A DNA stretch of 64,000 nt. Source: Eubacteriales bacterium. GTDB lineage: Bacteria > Bacillota > Clostridia > Oscillospirales > CAG-272. Positions 9,183 to 17,481 of the stretch are shown one piece after another. A model generated the notes under the pieces. It saw nothing but the letters and a program-made list of their open reading frames with translations. It searched no databases and had not been told where the DNA came from. Each line of letters starts with the position of its first letter. Position 1 is the stretch's first letter. Both the position numbers and the translations under genes were made by a program. The stretch lies in NCBI GenBank assembly GCA_045644805.1, contig JAZRHO010000026.1:1483-65482 (forward strand). The letters run 5' to 3'.

Positions 9183-9299
9183 TCGCATACCGCCCCTACG
9201 GCGGTATATAGCGTTTGCGTGGGTATATGTTATCATCTAATATGCAACGGAACAACAATCGCGGATTACCCGCACGCTAGCTAATTCTACGCATTTTTT

Positions 9300-9376
9300 C
9301 ACCCCTATGTGGGTGCTTCTTTTTTTTGCACTTTTGCGCTGAACGGACTTCGTCGCTCAACCTTGAGCGATGGAGT
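9300..9376 (+). repeat. Direct repeat copy 2 (77 nt)
   Basis: cacccctatgtgggtgcttcttttttttgcacttttgcgctgaacggacttcgtcgctcaaccttgagcgatggagt. It lacks the 5' arm of the terminator stem, so only a 5-bp residual stem remains. Confidence 0.85.
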
Positions 9377-9456
9377 ATTGCCACTCGCGGTAAACTTTGT
9401 ATAAACCGTTCCTCTGAAATCTATAAGTGCCGTCTTCTGCGGGTTTGGACTGCTAC

Positions 9457-9637
9457 AATGGCAAAGAAGTCATCACAGTTCAAGAAGTTTATAACCCCTC
9501 TTTGGAAGTTCTACAACGAAACGCAGGACAGAGTTCCTATGAGCGATACCGTTTCAGGAAATCACGTAGGATTCATTCACAGAACCGTTCAGGGCGGTCT
9601 TTTCATCAAAATACTTGATGAATCAAAAATTGCATAA
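9457..9637 (+). CDS. Possible small hypothetical protein (59 aa)
   Basis: ATG at 9457 inside track ORF 9326-9637. No convincing RBS and no family recognised. The upstream part of the track ORF is repeat-derived. Confidence 0.25.
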
Positions 9638-9750
9638 TTAAACAAATTCGACAAAAGTGCCGCAGAAAAATCAACATTCTGGGGCGCTTTCACTTTGCTA
9701 TAAGCCGATTTTATAAAAATAATTCCTTTTATTATTTTCATCGGCTGTTG

Positions 9751-9779
9751 TTGATTTGTTAACATTTAAGGTGTATTAT
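9751..9779 (+). promoter_or_regulatory. Sigma-A promoter candidate for the thioesterase gene
   Basis: TTGATT (9751-9756), 17 nt, TATTAT (9774-9779). Confidence 0.5.
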
Positions 9780-9825
9780 ATTTTATGAATCAAAATTACG
9801 CTCGTAGAAAGGAATCGCCTAAATT

Positions 9826-10536
9826 ATGCAAGGATTTAAACGAGATTTGGAAGTAGACGTTCACGACGTTGACTATAACGGTGTTTGCCGTCTTTCCTCG
9901 CTTATGAGATATATTCAATCCACGGCTCAGATGCAGCTTACCGAAAACGGTATGTCCTACGATCAGCTCAAGGATCGCGGAATAGCTTTTATAATAAGCA
10001 AAATAAGACTTGAATTTTATTCTTCCGTGCACGCTTATGACAGGCTCGAAGCCGAAACCTTTCCCTGTGTGAGTCATGGATATAGCTTTATACGCTGCTA
10101 CGCTCTTTACAGAAACGGAGAAATTATCGGACGTGCAATTTCCGTATGGGCTCTTGTGGATATTAAAAAGCGCGGACTTATAAAGATAAGCGACTTCGAG
10201 CTCAATCTTCCTACCTATGAGCCTTTTGATATGACTATAAGCCACCTGAGATTGCCTTCCGTTATGGCTAAAGTCGGTAAATACACCGTAACATACGCAG
10301 ACCTTGATCAAAACAAACACGTAAATAACACAAAATATGCAGATATATTTTCTAATTTTTTGCCTCTGGACGGAAAACGAATAGACGCTATAACAATCAG
10401 CTATGCAAATGAAGCCAGACTTTCTGACGAACTTGATGTTTATATGGTTAATGACGGTGATGTTTATTATATCCGCACCATTCGTTCTGACGGAAAGGTC
10501 AACGCTGAGGCAGAGATTCATATTGTCGAAATTTGA
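9826..10536 (+). CDS. Acyl-[acyl-carrier-protein] thioesterase
   Basis: Double hot-dog layout. VHDVDYNGVCRLSSLMRYIQSTAQ at the N-terminus and DLDQNKHVNNTKY in the second half are typical of the FatA/B-like bacterial family. Confidence 0.85.
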   Translation: MQGFKRDLEVDVHDVDYNGVCRLSSLMRYIQSTAQMQLTENGMSYDQLKDRGIAFIISKIRLEFYSSVHAYDRLEAETFPCVSHGYSFIRCYALYRNGEIIGRAISVWALVDIKKRGLIKISDFELNLPTYEPFDMTISHLRLPSVMAKVGKYTVTYADLDQNKHVNNTKYADIFSNFLPLDGKRIDAITISYANEARLSDELDVYMVNDGDVYYIRTIRSDGKVNAEAEIHIVEI

Positions 10537-10606
10537 CATTGTAAATCTTGTTTTTGCACAATCAAAATTTCATAATGCAGAATAGTTTTTTCAAATAAAG
10601 AGAAAA

Positions 10607-10648
10607 GCAGGGATTCATTTAAAGTCAAATAAGAATCCTTGCTTTTTT
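10607..10648 (+). terminator. Rho-independent terminator after the thioesterase gene
   Basis: gcagggattc / gaatccttgc is a 10-bp stem (one G-U pair) with a 16-nt loop, then T6. Confidence 0.7.
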
Positions 10649-10818
10649 CTTAACATATACTTTCTTTAATTTCACGCTTCACACTTACGCAGGAGCAATT
10701 TTTGCAAATTGTCGAACATTATTGATATTTTAACGTTAAGAATTCTCCATATTTCTTAACGACAAAATCTTTCTATTCGTGTTAAAATAATATTCGAAAA
10801 TTGCAAAGGAGCTCCATT

Positions 10819-11109
10819 ATGAAAAGAAACGCCTGTGAAACGATAAAAGACATAGTCAAAACACACGAAGGAATTACATACCGTTACATTCTTCTATCAT
10901 CAAAATCTATTAAGGTAGCAAGCTTCAATATGCCGCTTTATTCAATTGAAATAATTATGAATAAAGACGGTGTAGAAACATGTCATACAACAAATGATAT
11001 ATTTTCGGATATCGGGAAAGCTCTTGTGTTTTTCGATAAGCTGGTTGATAATCTGGCAACACCAATAGACCTTCCTTATATTCTTGAGGATATGGGATGC
11101 CGTATTTAA
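10819..11109 (+). CDS. Hypothetical protein (96 aa)
   Basis: AAGGAG RBS at 10806-10811 and ATG at 10819. The C-terminal LATPIDLPYILEDMG block resembles small Clostridia-specific DUF proteins, from memory only. Confidence 0.6.
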   Translation: MKRNACETIKDIVKTHEGITYRYILLSSKSIKVASFNMPLYSIEIIMNKDGVETCHTTNDIFSDIGKALVFFDKLVDNLATPIDLPYILEDMGCRI

Positions 11110-11134
11110 AAAGGCTCTGTAACATTTGACGAGA

Positions 11135-11180
11135 CGAAAAAACCGACTCTTTTTTAATGCGAGCCGGTTTTTTTCGTTTT
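11135..11180. terminator. Bidirectional terminator between convergent genes
   Basis: cgaaaaaaccgactc / gagccggtttttttcg (1 mismatch), with A-rich and T-rich flanks on both sides. Confidence 0.7.
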
Positions 11181-11637
11181 AACTTATTTTTAACTTATGA
11201 TAAACCTTTCGGCATACGGATAAGGAAGCATGAATAACAAAGCGTATCGGATAAATCGCGTTCCATAAAACAGAATAAGTGCGATAAGAGAAGTCTTTCG
11301 TACTGTGGTGCTTTCCGTTTCTGTTGAACGAATCGAGGTAAGCTATGACAGAAGCAATAGGAACGATTTCTTTTCGGTAAGTATTATCACCTCTTATAAT
11401 ATAATACCCTTTTTGCGGTAAAACCTTGATTATACGGTGCAATATATACCTAGAGTTGACTTTATAAAGAGCAACATCATATTTTTTCAAAACACCGCTT
11501 GCCTTTTTGAGAACGACCATATCTCGATGGGTTTTAAAAAGAGGTCTCATGCTCGCACCACATGTTACAGATGCAATTACGCCGTCTTTCTCTAAAATAT
11601 CATCTATATGAGCGCCTTCAGACGTAAAAATGTTCAT
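11179..11637 (-). CDS. S24/S26-family (signal peptidase I / LexA-like) serine peptidase
   Basis: CGASMRPLF (GxSMxP nucleophile motif), YILHRIIKV and YYIIRGDNTYRKE blocks. The start is 3 nt after the PqqD stop. Confidence 0.75.
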   Translation of the reverse strand: MNIFTSEGAHIDDILEKDGVIASVTCGASMRPLFKTHRDMVVLKKASGVLKKYDVALYKVNSRYILHRIIKVLPQKGYYIIRGDNTYRKEIVPIASVIAYLDSFNRNGKHHSTKDFSYRTYSVLWNAIYPIRFVIHASLSVCRKVYHKLKIS

Positions 11638-11639
11638 TT

Positions 11640-11909
11640 TTATTCTTCCAAAATTCCGTTGTCACGCAATTTTTTTAAGAACAAATCAATATCCGCCCTA
11701 GCGGTTTGTTCAGAAATTTCATATTCTTTGACCAAGGCAACGCAAAGCTCCTCGGCACTTTCAGCTCCGTCATCAATCATTTTCCAAAGAAAGGCGCCGG
11801 TGGAATTCAAACGAACAAAGCCAGAAAACTCCTTAGCAAGCGCTCCCGTCGCGCAAGCGAGGTAGCTATCAGCAACCTTTTCTATAACAAAACCTTTTTT
11901 TATCCTCAT
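11640..11909 (-). CDS. PqqD-family peptide chaperone (RiPP recognition element)
   Basis: 89 aa. FVRLNSTGAFLWKMIDDGAESAEELCVALVKEYEISEQTARADIDLFLKKLRDNGILEE follows the PqqD/RRE winged-helix pattern. GGAGG RBS. Confidence 0.8.
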   Translation of the reverse strand: MRIKKGFVIEKVADSYLACATGALAKEFSGFVRLNSTGAFLWKMIDDGAESAEELCVALVKEYEISEQTARADIDLFLKKLRDNGILEE

Positions 11910-11938
11910 AAAAAACCTCCGATACAGTTTATATTACC

Positions 11939-11967
11939 ATTGTATCATAAGTATCACGGTTTTGCAA
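11939..11967 (-). promoter_or_regulatory. Sigma-A promoter for the PqqD-peptidase operon
   Basis: Minus strand: TTGCAA (11967-11962), 17 nt, TACAAT (11944-11939), with an extended -10 TG (tgaTACAAT). Confidence 0.6.
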
Positions 11968-11981
11968 GAAAAATTTTACAG

Positions 11982-12647
11982 TTATACACCGTAACTTGGA
12001 ATAAAAAGCTCGTGTTCTATTTCCAAAAGACGAGACATTTGAGCGCATGAGCCGACAGACGGCATTTTCATATTTATAAATTCCGCTCCTAAAGCGACGG
12101 CAATATCTGCAATAAATCCTTCTGAACAAGGGCATGATATTACAGTTTTAAAGCCGCATGTCTTCGCTTTTTTTGTTTTTTCACATACCTCACTTAAGGT
12201 TTGGCTTTCCATTAAATCAATGAAAGCCGTTTTTTTACTTTTGAAAAAACTGTTCATATTTACCATCGGCTTAGGAATGGTATTGGCGCACGAGCCTCCT
12301 ATATAACGATAAAGCGGTATTCCGGTATGAGCCGATGCCGCACGGCAAATCGCCAAGGAAAGAGAAAGAATTGCATTTGCTCCGAGTTTCGACTTATTGC
12401 GAGTAGCATCAAGTGTTATCATAATAGAGTCGGCTCTTATCTGATCAAGAGCACTTACACCGATAAGGGATCGGCAAATATCCGAAATTGCCGATTCCAT
12501 TTCGTTTTTTTGAAAAGCGGAAGGAAGCGAGGCTTTCCCTACTGCGCCGGATTCAAGAACGACAACAGCTTGAGTTATACGAGTGTTTGACCTTTCGGTT
12601 ATATCTTTTACGGTAATATTTTTAATTTCAGAATTGAAATTCATCAT
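11982..12647 (-). CDS. Half-size enolase-like protein (degenerate paralog, probably non-catalytic)
   Basis: LDATRNKSKLGANAILSLSLAICRAASAHTGIPLYRYIGG and KTCGFKTVISCPCSEGFIADIAVALGAEFINMKMPSVGSCAQMSRLLEIEHEL align to the enolase N-domain and the last barrel strands. About 200 aa of the barrel is missing, and SHRSGETED is replaced by SCPCSEGF. GGAG RBS. Confidence 0.75.
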   Translation of the reverse strand: MMNFNSEIKNITVKDITERSNTRITQAVVVLESGAVGKASLPSAFQKNEMESAISDICRSLIGVSALDQIRADSIMITLDATRNKSKLGANAILSLSLAICRAASAHTGIPLYRYIGGSCANTIPKPMVNMNSFFKSKKTAFIDLMESQTLSEVCEKTKKAKTCGFKTVISCPCSEGFIADIAVALGAEFINMKMPSVGSCAQMSRLLEIEHELFIPSYGV

Positions 12648-12769
12648 TTTTATCTCCGGGTTGAAAATGATACTGCCTTATTTTAACCGCAGCGGTGGCA
12701 AAACATTCGTAAAAACATAGAATATAAATAACTTACAGGCGGCTGCTTTTACAGCCAAAAGGAGACGGT

Positions 12770-13942
12770 ATGATAATACATAAAGTAAACAGCGGTGAAA
12801 ATCTTTACAATATTGCGCGCAGATACTCTGTGCCCGCAACAAAAATTTTGGGAGATAACGACTTATACGGCGATCGCCTTGTCTGCGGAGACGAATTACT
12901 TGTTCTTATACCGACAAGAACAGAAACAGTAAAAGGTAAAGATACACTTGACATTCTTTCAAAAAAATTCGGAGTCAGAAAAGAATCGCTTCTATGCGCA
13001 AATCCTAGTCTTTGGGGAAAGGATAAGCTTCGCCCGGGGCAAGTTATCACAATAAAGCATGATACCCCTTCTTTGGGAACAGGCTCTGCATTATGCGTAG
13101 TAAACAAGGGGTGCAAGCGTGAAAACTTAACACGATCCCTGCCATATGCAACATATATCACTATTAATGCAGGTGTTATTGAGGGTGATAAAATCAAAAC
13201 TAGTTTTGACGGAAAGTGGGCATCTGATATTTGCAAATCTGAACGAAAAATACACCTTTTAGGAATAAAGGACCGAACGAAAGGCGCTTTTCTCGAAGAA
13301 AAAACACAATATGAAAGCCTTATCGACAATATGATCAGTACCGCAAAGGAAGGTGGATATAACGGAATATTCATAAGCGCACGCGAGGGCGCATCAAAAC
13401 ATCCCGATATATTTTGCAATTTTCTCCTAGAGGCAAGGAAACGTTTCATAGGTTGTGATTTGCTCTTATTTACCGAAATATTTTCCGATACACCAAACGA
13501 TGCCTCCGAGCTTTCTGACGGATCAGTATTCAACGTAAAAGAAGATTCAATAACGGAATTAAAAGAAAAGCTTTCCGAATTTTCTGCCAAAGCTGAAAGC
13601 TCAAAGGTGTTTGTTGATATGTCTTCTGCCGTGAACATGAACGGAACAGATATAAGCATTAAAGAAGCCAAAGAGCTTTGCTACCGAAGCGGTCTTTCTT
13701 TATCCACCGACGAAAAAACTCTTATGTGCTCCTTTACTTACACAAGATATAAAATAGGAGAAGGTGAAAAAATAAACATTACATTCCCTTCCCTAAAACA
13801 CACAAAAGCCAAGCTCGAACAGCTTGCCGAGCTTGGCTTCATGGGAATATCATTTGATGCCGATATAACGCCAATCGCGTATCTTTCTATGTTTGGTGCT
13901 TCATTTGCAAGAGCAGATTATTCTCTGCCTTACGAGATATAA
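12770..13942 (+). CDS. Protein with two LysM domains and a YaaH/SleL-like (GH18-type) C-terminal domain
   Basis: Two LysM repeats (HKVNSGENLYNIARRYSVPATKIL; VKGKDTLDILSKKFGVRKESLLCANP). The remaining ~290 aa have a TIM-barrel-like pattern, but the DxxDxDxE motif is degenerate (GIFISAREG). Confidence 0.65.
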   Translation: MIIHKVNSGENLYNIARRYSVPATKILGDNDLYGDRLVCGDELLVLIPTRTETVKGKDTLDILSKKFGVRKESLLCANPSLWGKDKLRPGQVITIKHDTPSLGTGSALCVVNKGCKRENLTRSLPYATYITINAGVIEGDKIKTSFDGKWASDICKSERKIHLLGIKDRTKGAFLEEKTQYESLIDNMISTAKEGGYNGIFISAREGASKHPDIFCNFLLEARKRFIGCDLLLFTEIFSDTPNDASELSDGSVFNVKEDSITELKEKLSEFSAKAESSKVFVDMSSAVNMNGTDISIKEAKELCYRSGLSLSTDEKTLMCSFTYTRYKIGEGEKINITFPSLKHTKAKLEQLAELGFMGISFDADITPIAYLSMFGASFARADYSLPYEI

Positions 13943-14580
13943 TCTCTTACTCTTAGCGATACTCCGCATTCTTTTGCTATATTATAGCACTCTTCGAGCT
14001 CTTCTTTTGAAACAAAGTCACGAACGACAGAAAAAGTCACGTTTTGCACATAATTATTTACATTTCTTGCAAATTTCAAAATAGCCGGCAGCGCTTCAAT
14101 GCCAAAAGATGAATGACATATCTCATTATAACGTTCGGGTGACGGTGCATTTAAGCTAATCGAAACAGTATCAAAAGCGCCTTCATATAAGGGTGCACTG
14201 TCAAACCCAAGGATAAGGTCGGATTGACCGTTAGTATTAATTCGTATTTTAATATCGGAGTGCTTTTGTTTTATTTTTAAGGCTACCTCCCGCGCTTCGG
14301 AAAGACGGCATGACGGCTCTCCGTATCCGCAAAAAACTATTTCCGAAAAAGAGTTAAGGTCATGCGCGAACACCGCTTCGAGAATTTCTTCGCACGAAGG
14401 CTCGCGCTGAAGCCAGAGGCTTTCTGAGCCGTAAGCTCCGTCTCCGTTATTTCTGATGCAAAAATCGCATCTGTTCGTACATCTGTTAGTAATATTGATA
14501 TAAAGTCCGCTTTCCACAGTATATGCCACTGTCATTGAGCGGACTTTTTCTTTTTTTGCCATATTGAAAATTTCCGTCAT
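13930..14580 (-). CDS. TatD-associated radical SAM protein
   Basis: CTNRCDFCIRN cluster motif. The ATG at 14580 overlaps the tatD stop as ATGA. The track's longer N-terminus lies inside tatD. Confidence 0.85.
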   Translation of the reverse strand: MTEIFNMAKKEKVRSMTVAYTVESGLYINITNRCTNRCDFCIRNNGDGAYGSESLWLQREPSCEEILEAVFAHDLNSFSEIVFCGYGEPSCRLSEAREVALKIKQKHSDIKIRINTNGQSDLILGFDSAPLYEGAFDTVSISLNAPSPERYNEICHSSFGIEALPAILKFARNVNNYVQNVTFSVVRDFVSKEELEECYNIAKECGVSLRVRDYIS

Positions 14581-15362
14581 ATTGAAAAAATTCTCCTTGC
14601 ATTTTCCTCTGTAATGCGAGCGCATTCTTCCTCTGTAATGCCTTTTATTTCCGCTACGGCACGGCAAGTATATTCAAGGTTGCCAGAATGGTTGAGAGTT
14701 CCACGTAATGGATGCGGAGCAAGGTAGGGGCAGTCGGTCTCTATAAGTATTCTGTCAAGAGGAACTGCCGCAGCAACCTCTTTGGGACGCCTTGCATTTT
14801 TAAAGGTAACAGTTCCCGAAAAAGATATATAGTACCCTCTCGAAACAAGTTCCCTCGCCATCTCAGAAGACCCCGAAAAGCTATGAAGAATACCTTTAAC
14901 GCTCGGATAGGCTCGTATGACGTTCATCACATCTTCATGGGAATCTCTATCGTGAATAACAACAGGTAACAAAAGACGCTCCGCCATCTTCATCTGACGG
15001 TGGAAAAGTGATATTTGCATTTCTTTATCCGTGTCAGGATAATGATAATCAAGTCCTATTTCACCAAGCGCAACGCATTTATTGCTTTTATCCAAAATAA
15101 GAGCCTCTATTTCGCGAAGCGCGCTGTCAATATCTGAAATCAATCTTGCGTCTGATGGGTGAATTCCAAGCGCGGTATACATCTTTTCATACCGCTTTGC
15201 CTGCTCTATCGCCATACGGCACGTGCAAGGAGCAGTGCCTACATTTACGATATAGGAAACATCAGTGGCGAGGTGCGAGGAAAGAAGCGCGTCTGCTCCT
15301 CCCTCACATTCCTCGTCAAATCGCTCATCATAATAATGAGCATGCGAATCAAAATATCTCAT
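14577..15362 (-). CDS. tatD: TatD-family metal-dependent hydrolase/DNase
   Basis: FDSHAHY, GEIGLDY, IHDRDSHED and ETDCPYL motifs. ATG at 15362, 3 nt after the metG stop. Confidence 0.9.
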   Translation of the reverse strand: MRYFDSHAHYYDERFDEECEGGADALLSSHLATDVSYIVNVGTAPCTCRMAIEQAKRYEKMYTALGIHPSDARLISDIDSALREIEALILDKSNKCVALGEIGLDYHYPDTDKEMQISLFHRQMKMAERLLLPVVIHDRDSHEDVMNVIRAYPSVKGILHSFSGSSEMARELVSRGYYISFSGTVTFKNARRPKEVAAAVPLDRILIETDCPYLAPHPLRGTLNHSGNLEYTCRAVAEIKGITEEECARITEENARRIFSI

Positions 15363-15364
15363 AA

Positions 15365-17302
15365 TCAATGTATTCTGTCGCCATTCTTTGCATCGGGATC
15401 AAGGAACACAACCTTAACGTCTTCTTCACCCGAAGCAAGAAGCATTCCGTTGGATTCTACGCCGCAAAGCTTTGCCGGCTTAAGATTGGAAACAAGAACT
15501 ATCTTCTTGCCTACAAGCTCTTCGGGCTTATAGAATTTAGCGATACCCGAAACGACCTGACGGCGCTCAAAGCCAATATCAACCTGAAGCTTAAGAAGCT
15601 TCTTTGCCTTTGGAACAGGCTCGCACTCAATGATTTCTCCGACACGAAGCTCAACCTTTCCAAAATCCTCAATGCCTATCTCGGGCTCACGATCAGGTAC
15701 TTCCAAAGGTGCATTTGCCGCTTCCTCAGCCGCGCGCTTTGCTTCTATTTCGGCAAAGAGCTTAGCTTCATCGATTCTCGCAAAGAGAACAGATGCTTCT
15801 CCGAGAGGCTTTCCGCTTTCAAGCGCACCGAATGCCGATACAGTATCATAACTCTTTTGATCCGTGCCGAGCTGTGAGAATATTCTCTCAACTGTCGAAG
15901 GAATATACGGAGTAAGCACTACCGCCGCGATTCTTACGACCTCAAGCAGGTTATAAATAACGGTTGCAAGACGAGGTTTATCAGCTTCATTCTTGGCAAG
16001 CACCCAGGGCGTTGTCTCATCAATATATTTGTTTGCGCGGCGAAGCGCTGAGAAGAGCGCTTCAAGCGAATCTGCAATGTGATACGAAGCCATAAGCTCG
16101 CGAGCTGAATTCACACCGTCAATCATCGTCTTTTTAAGGTCTGCATCAAGCTCTGTTTCCTCCCCCGGAGCGGGAACTATACCGTCAAAGTATTTTTTAG
16201 TCATAGCGTGAGTACGGCTTACGAGATTACCGAGGTTATTGGCAAGATCGTTATTATATCTTGTCACAACATTTTCATAGGTAATGGTTCCGTCCGAATT
16301 ATAGGGCATTTCCGCAAGCGCATAATAGCGAACTCCGTCAACCGAGAAATACTCAGCAAGCTCGTCGGCGTAAATCACGTTACCCTTCGATTTTGACATC
16401 TTATCGTTTCCAGAATTAAACCACGGGTGGCCAAACACCTTCTTTGGTAAAGGAAGTTCGAGCGCCATAAGGAATATAGGCCAGTAAATCGTATGGAATC
16501 TCAAAATGTCCTTACCGATAATATGAACATCAGCAGGCCAATATTTTTTAAACTGCTCACTCTGCTCCTCGTAAGATTTATCGGGATCATATCCTATGGC
16601 GGTTATATAATTCGTAAGTGCGTCAAGCCATACGTAAATTACGTGCTTATTGTCAAAATCAACCGGAATTCCCCAGGTAAATGACGTTCTTGATACACAT
16701 AAATCCTGAAGTCCTGCCTTAAGGAAATTATTAACCATTTCCTTCTTACGGCTTTCGGGCTCTATAAATTCGGGATTTTCTTCAATATGCTTCATAAGCC
16801 TGTCCGCATATTTTGACATTTTGAAGAAATATGCTTCTTCCTTCGCCTTTGTCACTTCTCTTCCGCAATCGGGGCATTTGCCTCCTTCGGCCTGCGTATT
16901 TGTAAAGAAGGACTCGCAGGGAGTGCAATACCAGCCCTCGTAATGACCTTTATATATATCACCCTGTTCGTAGAACTTCTTGAAAATTTTCGCTACCGTT
17001 TTCTCATGCTTTTCATCGGTCGTTCTTATGAAATAATCGTAGCTTGTATCCATAAGGTCCCAAATTCCCTTGATTTCGGATGCGACCTTATCAACGTACA
17101 CCTTGGGCGTAACACCTGCTGATTTTGCGTACTCTTCGATTTTCTGACCGTGCTCGTCGGTACCCGTACACAAAAATACATCCTTTCCCATTTGACGCTG
17201 AAAGCGAGCAAATGCATCGGACATAATTATTTCGTAAGTATTTCCGAAGTGTGGCTTACGGGATGCGTAAGCTATGGCAGTGGTTAAATAAAATTTCTCC
17301 AT
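15365..17302 (-). CDS. metG: Methionine--tRNA ligase with a C-terminal tRNA-binding (Trbp111/EMAP-like) domain
   Basis: HFGN (HIGH position), KMSKSKGNV, zinc knuckles CTPCESFF..CPDCGRE, and the C-terminal VELRVGEI...KLCGVESNGMLLA OB-fold. Confidence 0.97.
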   Translation of the reverse strand: MEKFYLTTAIAYASRKPHFGNTYEIIMSDAFARFQRQMGKDVFLCTGTDEHGQKIEEYAKSAGVTPKVYVDKVASEIKGIWDLMDTSYDYFIRTTDEKHEKTVAKIFKKFYEQGDIYKGHYEGWYCTPCESFFTNTQAEGGKCPDCGREVTKAKEEAYFFKMSKYADRLMKHIEENPEFIEPESRKKEMVNNFLKAGLQDLCVSRTSFTWGIPVDFDNKHVIYVWLDALTNYITAIGYDPDKSYEEQSEQFKKYWPADVHIIGKDILRFHTIYWPIFLMALELPLPKKVFGHPWFNSGNDKMSKSKGNVIYADELAEYFSVDGVRYYALAEMPYNSDGTITYENVVTRYNNDLANNLGNLVSRTHAMTKKYFDGIVPAPGEETELDADLKKTMIDGVNSARELMASYHIADSLEALFSALRRANKYIDETTPWVLAKNEADKPRLATVIYNLLEVVRIAAVVLTPYIPSTVERIFSQLGTDQKSYDTVSAFGALESGKPLGEASVLFARIDEAKLFAEIEAKRAAEEAANAPLEVPDREPEIGIEDFGKVELRVGEIIECEPVPKAKKLLKLQVDIGFERRQVVSGIAKFYKPEELVGKKIVLVSNLKPAKLCGVESNGMLLASGEEDVKVVFLDPDAKNGDRIH

Positions 17303-17319
17303 TGTTTATCCTCCTTGGT

Positions 17320-17339
17320 CTTCGGCGAATGAGCCGAAG
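17320..17339 (-). other. Small 5'-UTR hairpin next to the metG Shine-Dalgarno sequence
   Basis: cttcggc / gccgaag is a 7-bp stem with a 6-nt loop. On the minus strand it ends 4 nt before AAGGAGG. Confidence 0.35.
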
Positions 17340-17481
17340 CACATATTTATTCATTTTAATATTTTAACATATATTTTAAGATAATTCAATATTTTCCGCA
17401 ATTTTTTTGTCTCAAAACATTAATTTTTTGCAATACTATTAATGTGGGGCAAAAATCTAAAAAAAGGCAGGACACAAAAGC

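Noticed and set aside
9171-9215. A complete fluoride (crcB-motif) riboswitch.
   Set aside because: Only the 5' core (GCGATGGAGTTCGC + ACCGCC hairpin) resembles the motif as I recall it. The 3' GAUGA-ACUCC-UAC pseudoknot segment is missing, and no crcB/eriC-type gene follows. It is kept only as a remark under the tRNA-proximal repeat.
9021-9640. An integrated mobile element or prophage at tRNA-Lys delimited by the direct repeats.
   Set aside because: The repeats are only 117 nt apart. No integrase, excisionase or other mobile-element gene lies within 10 kb on either side. At most this is a footprint.
12805-13671. 288-aa minus-strand ORF. Similar long antisense ORFs occur at 1657-2268, 7068-7739, 9796-10539, 15368-15877, 26916-27374, 47262-47978 and 61779-62273.
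   Set aside because: Each lies entirely inside a well-supported gene on the opposite strand. They have Ser/Leu/Arg-rich low-complexity translations, no RBS and no recognisable motif. They are shadow ORFs.
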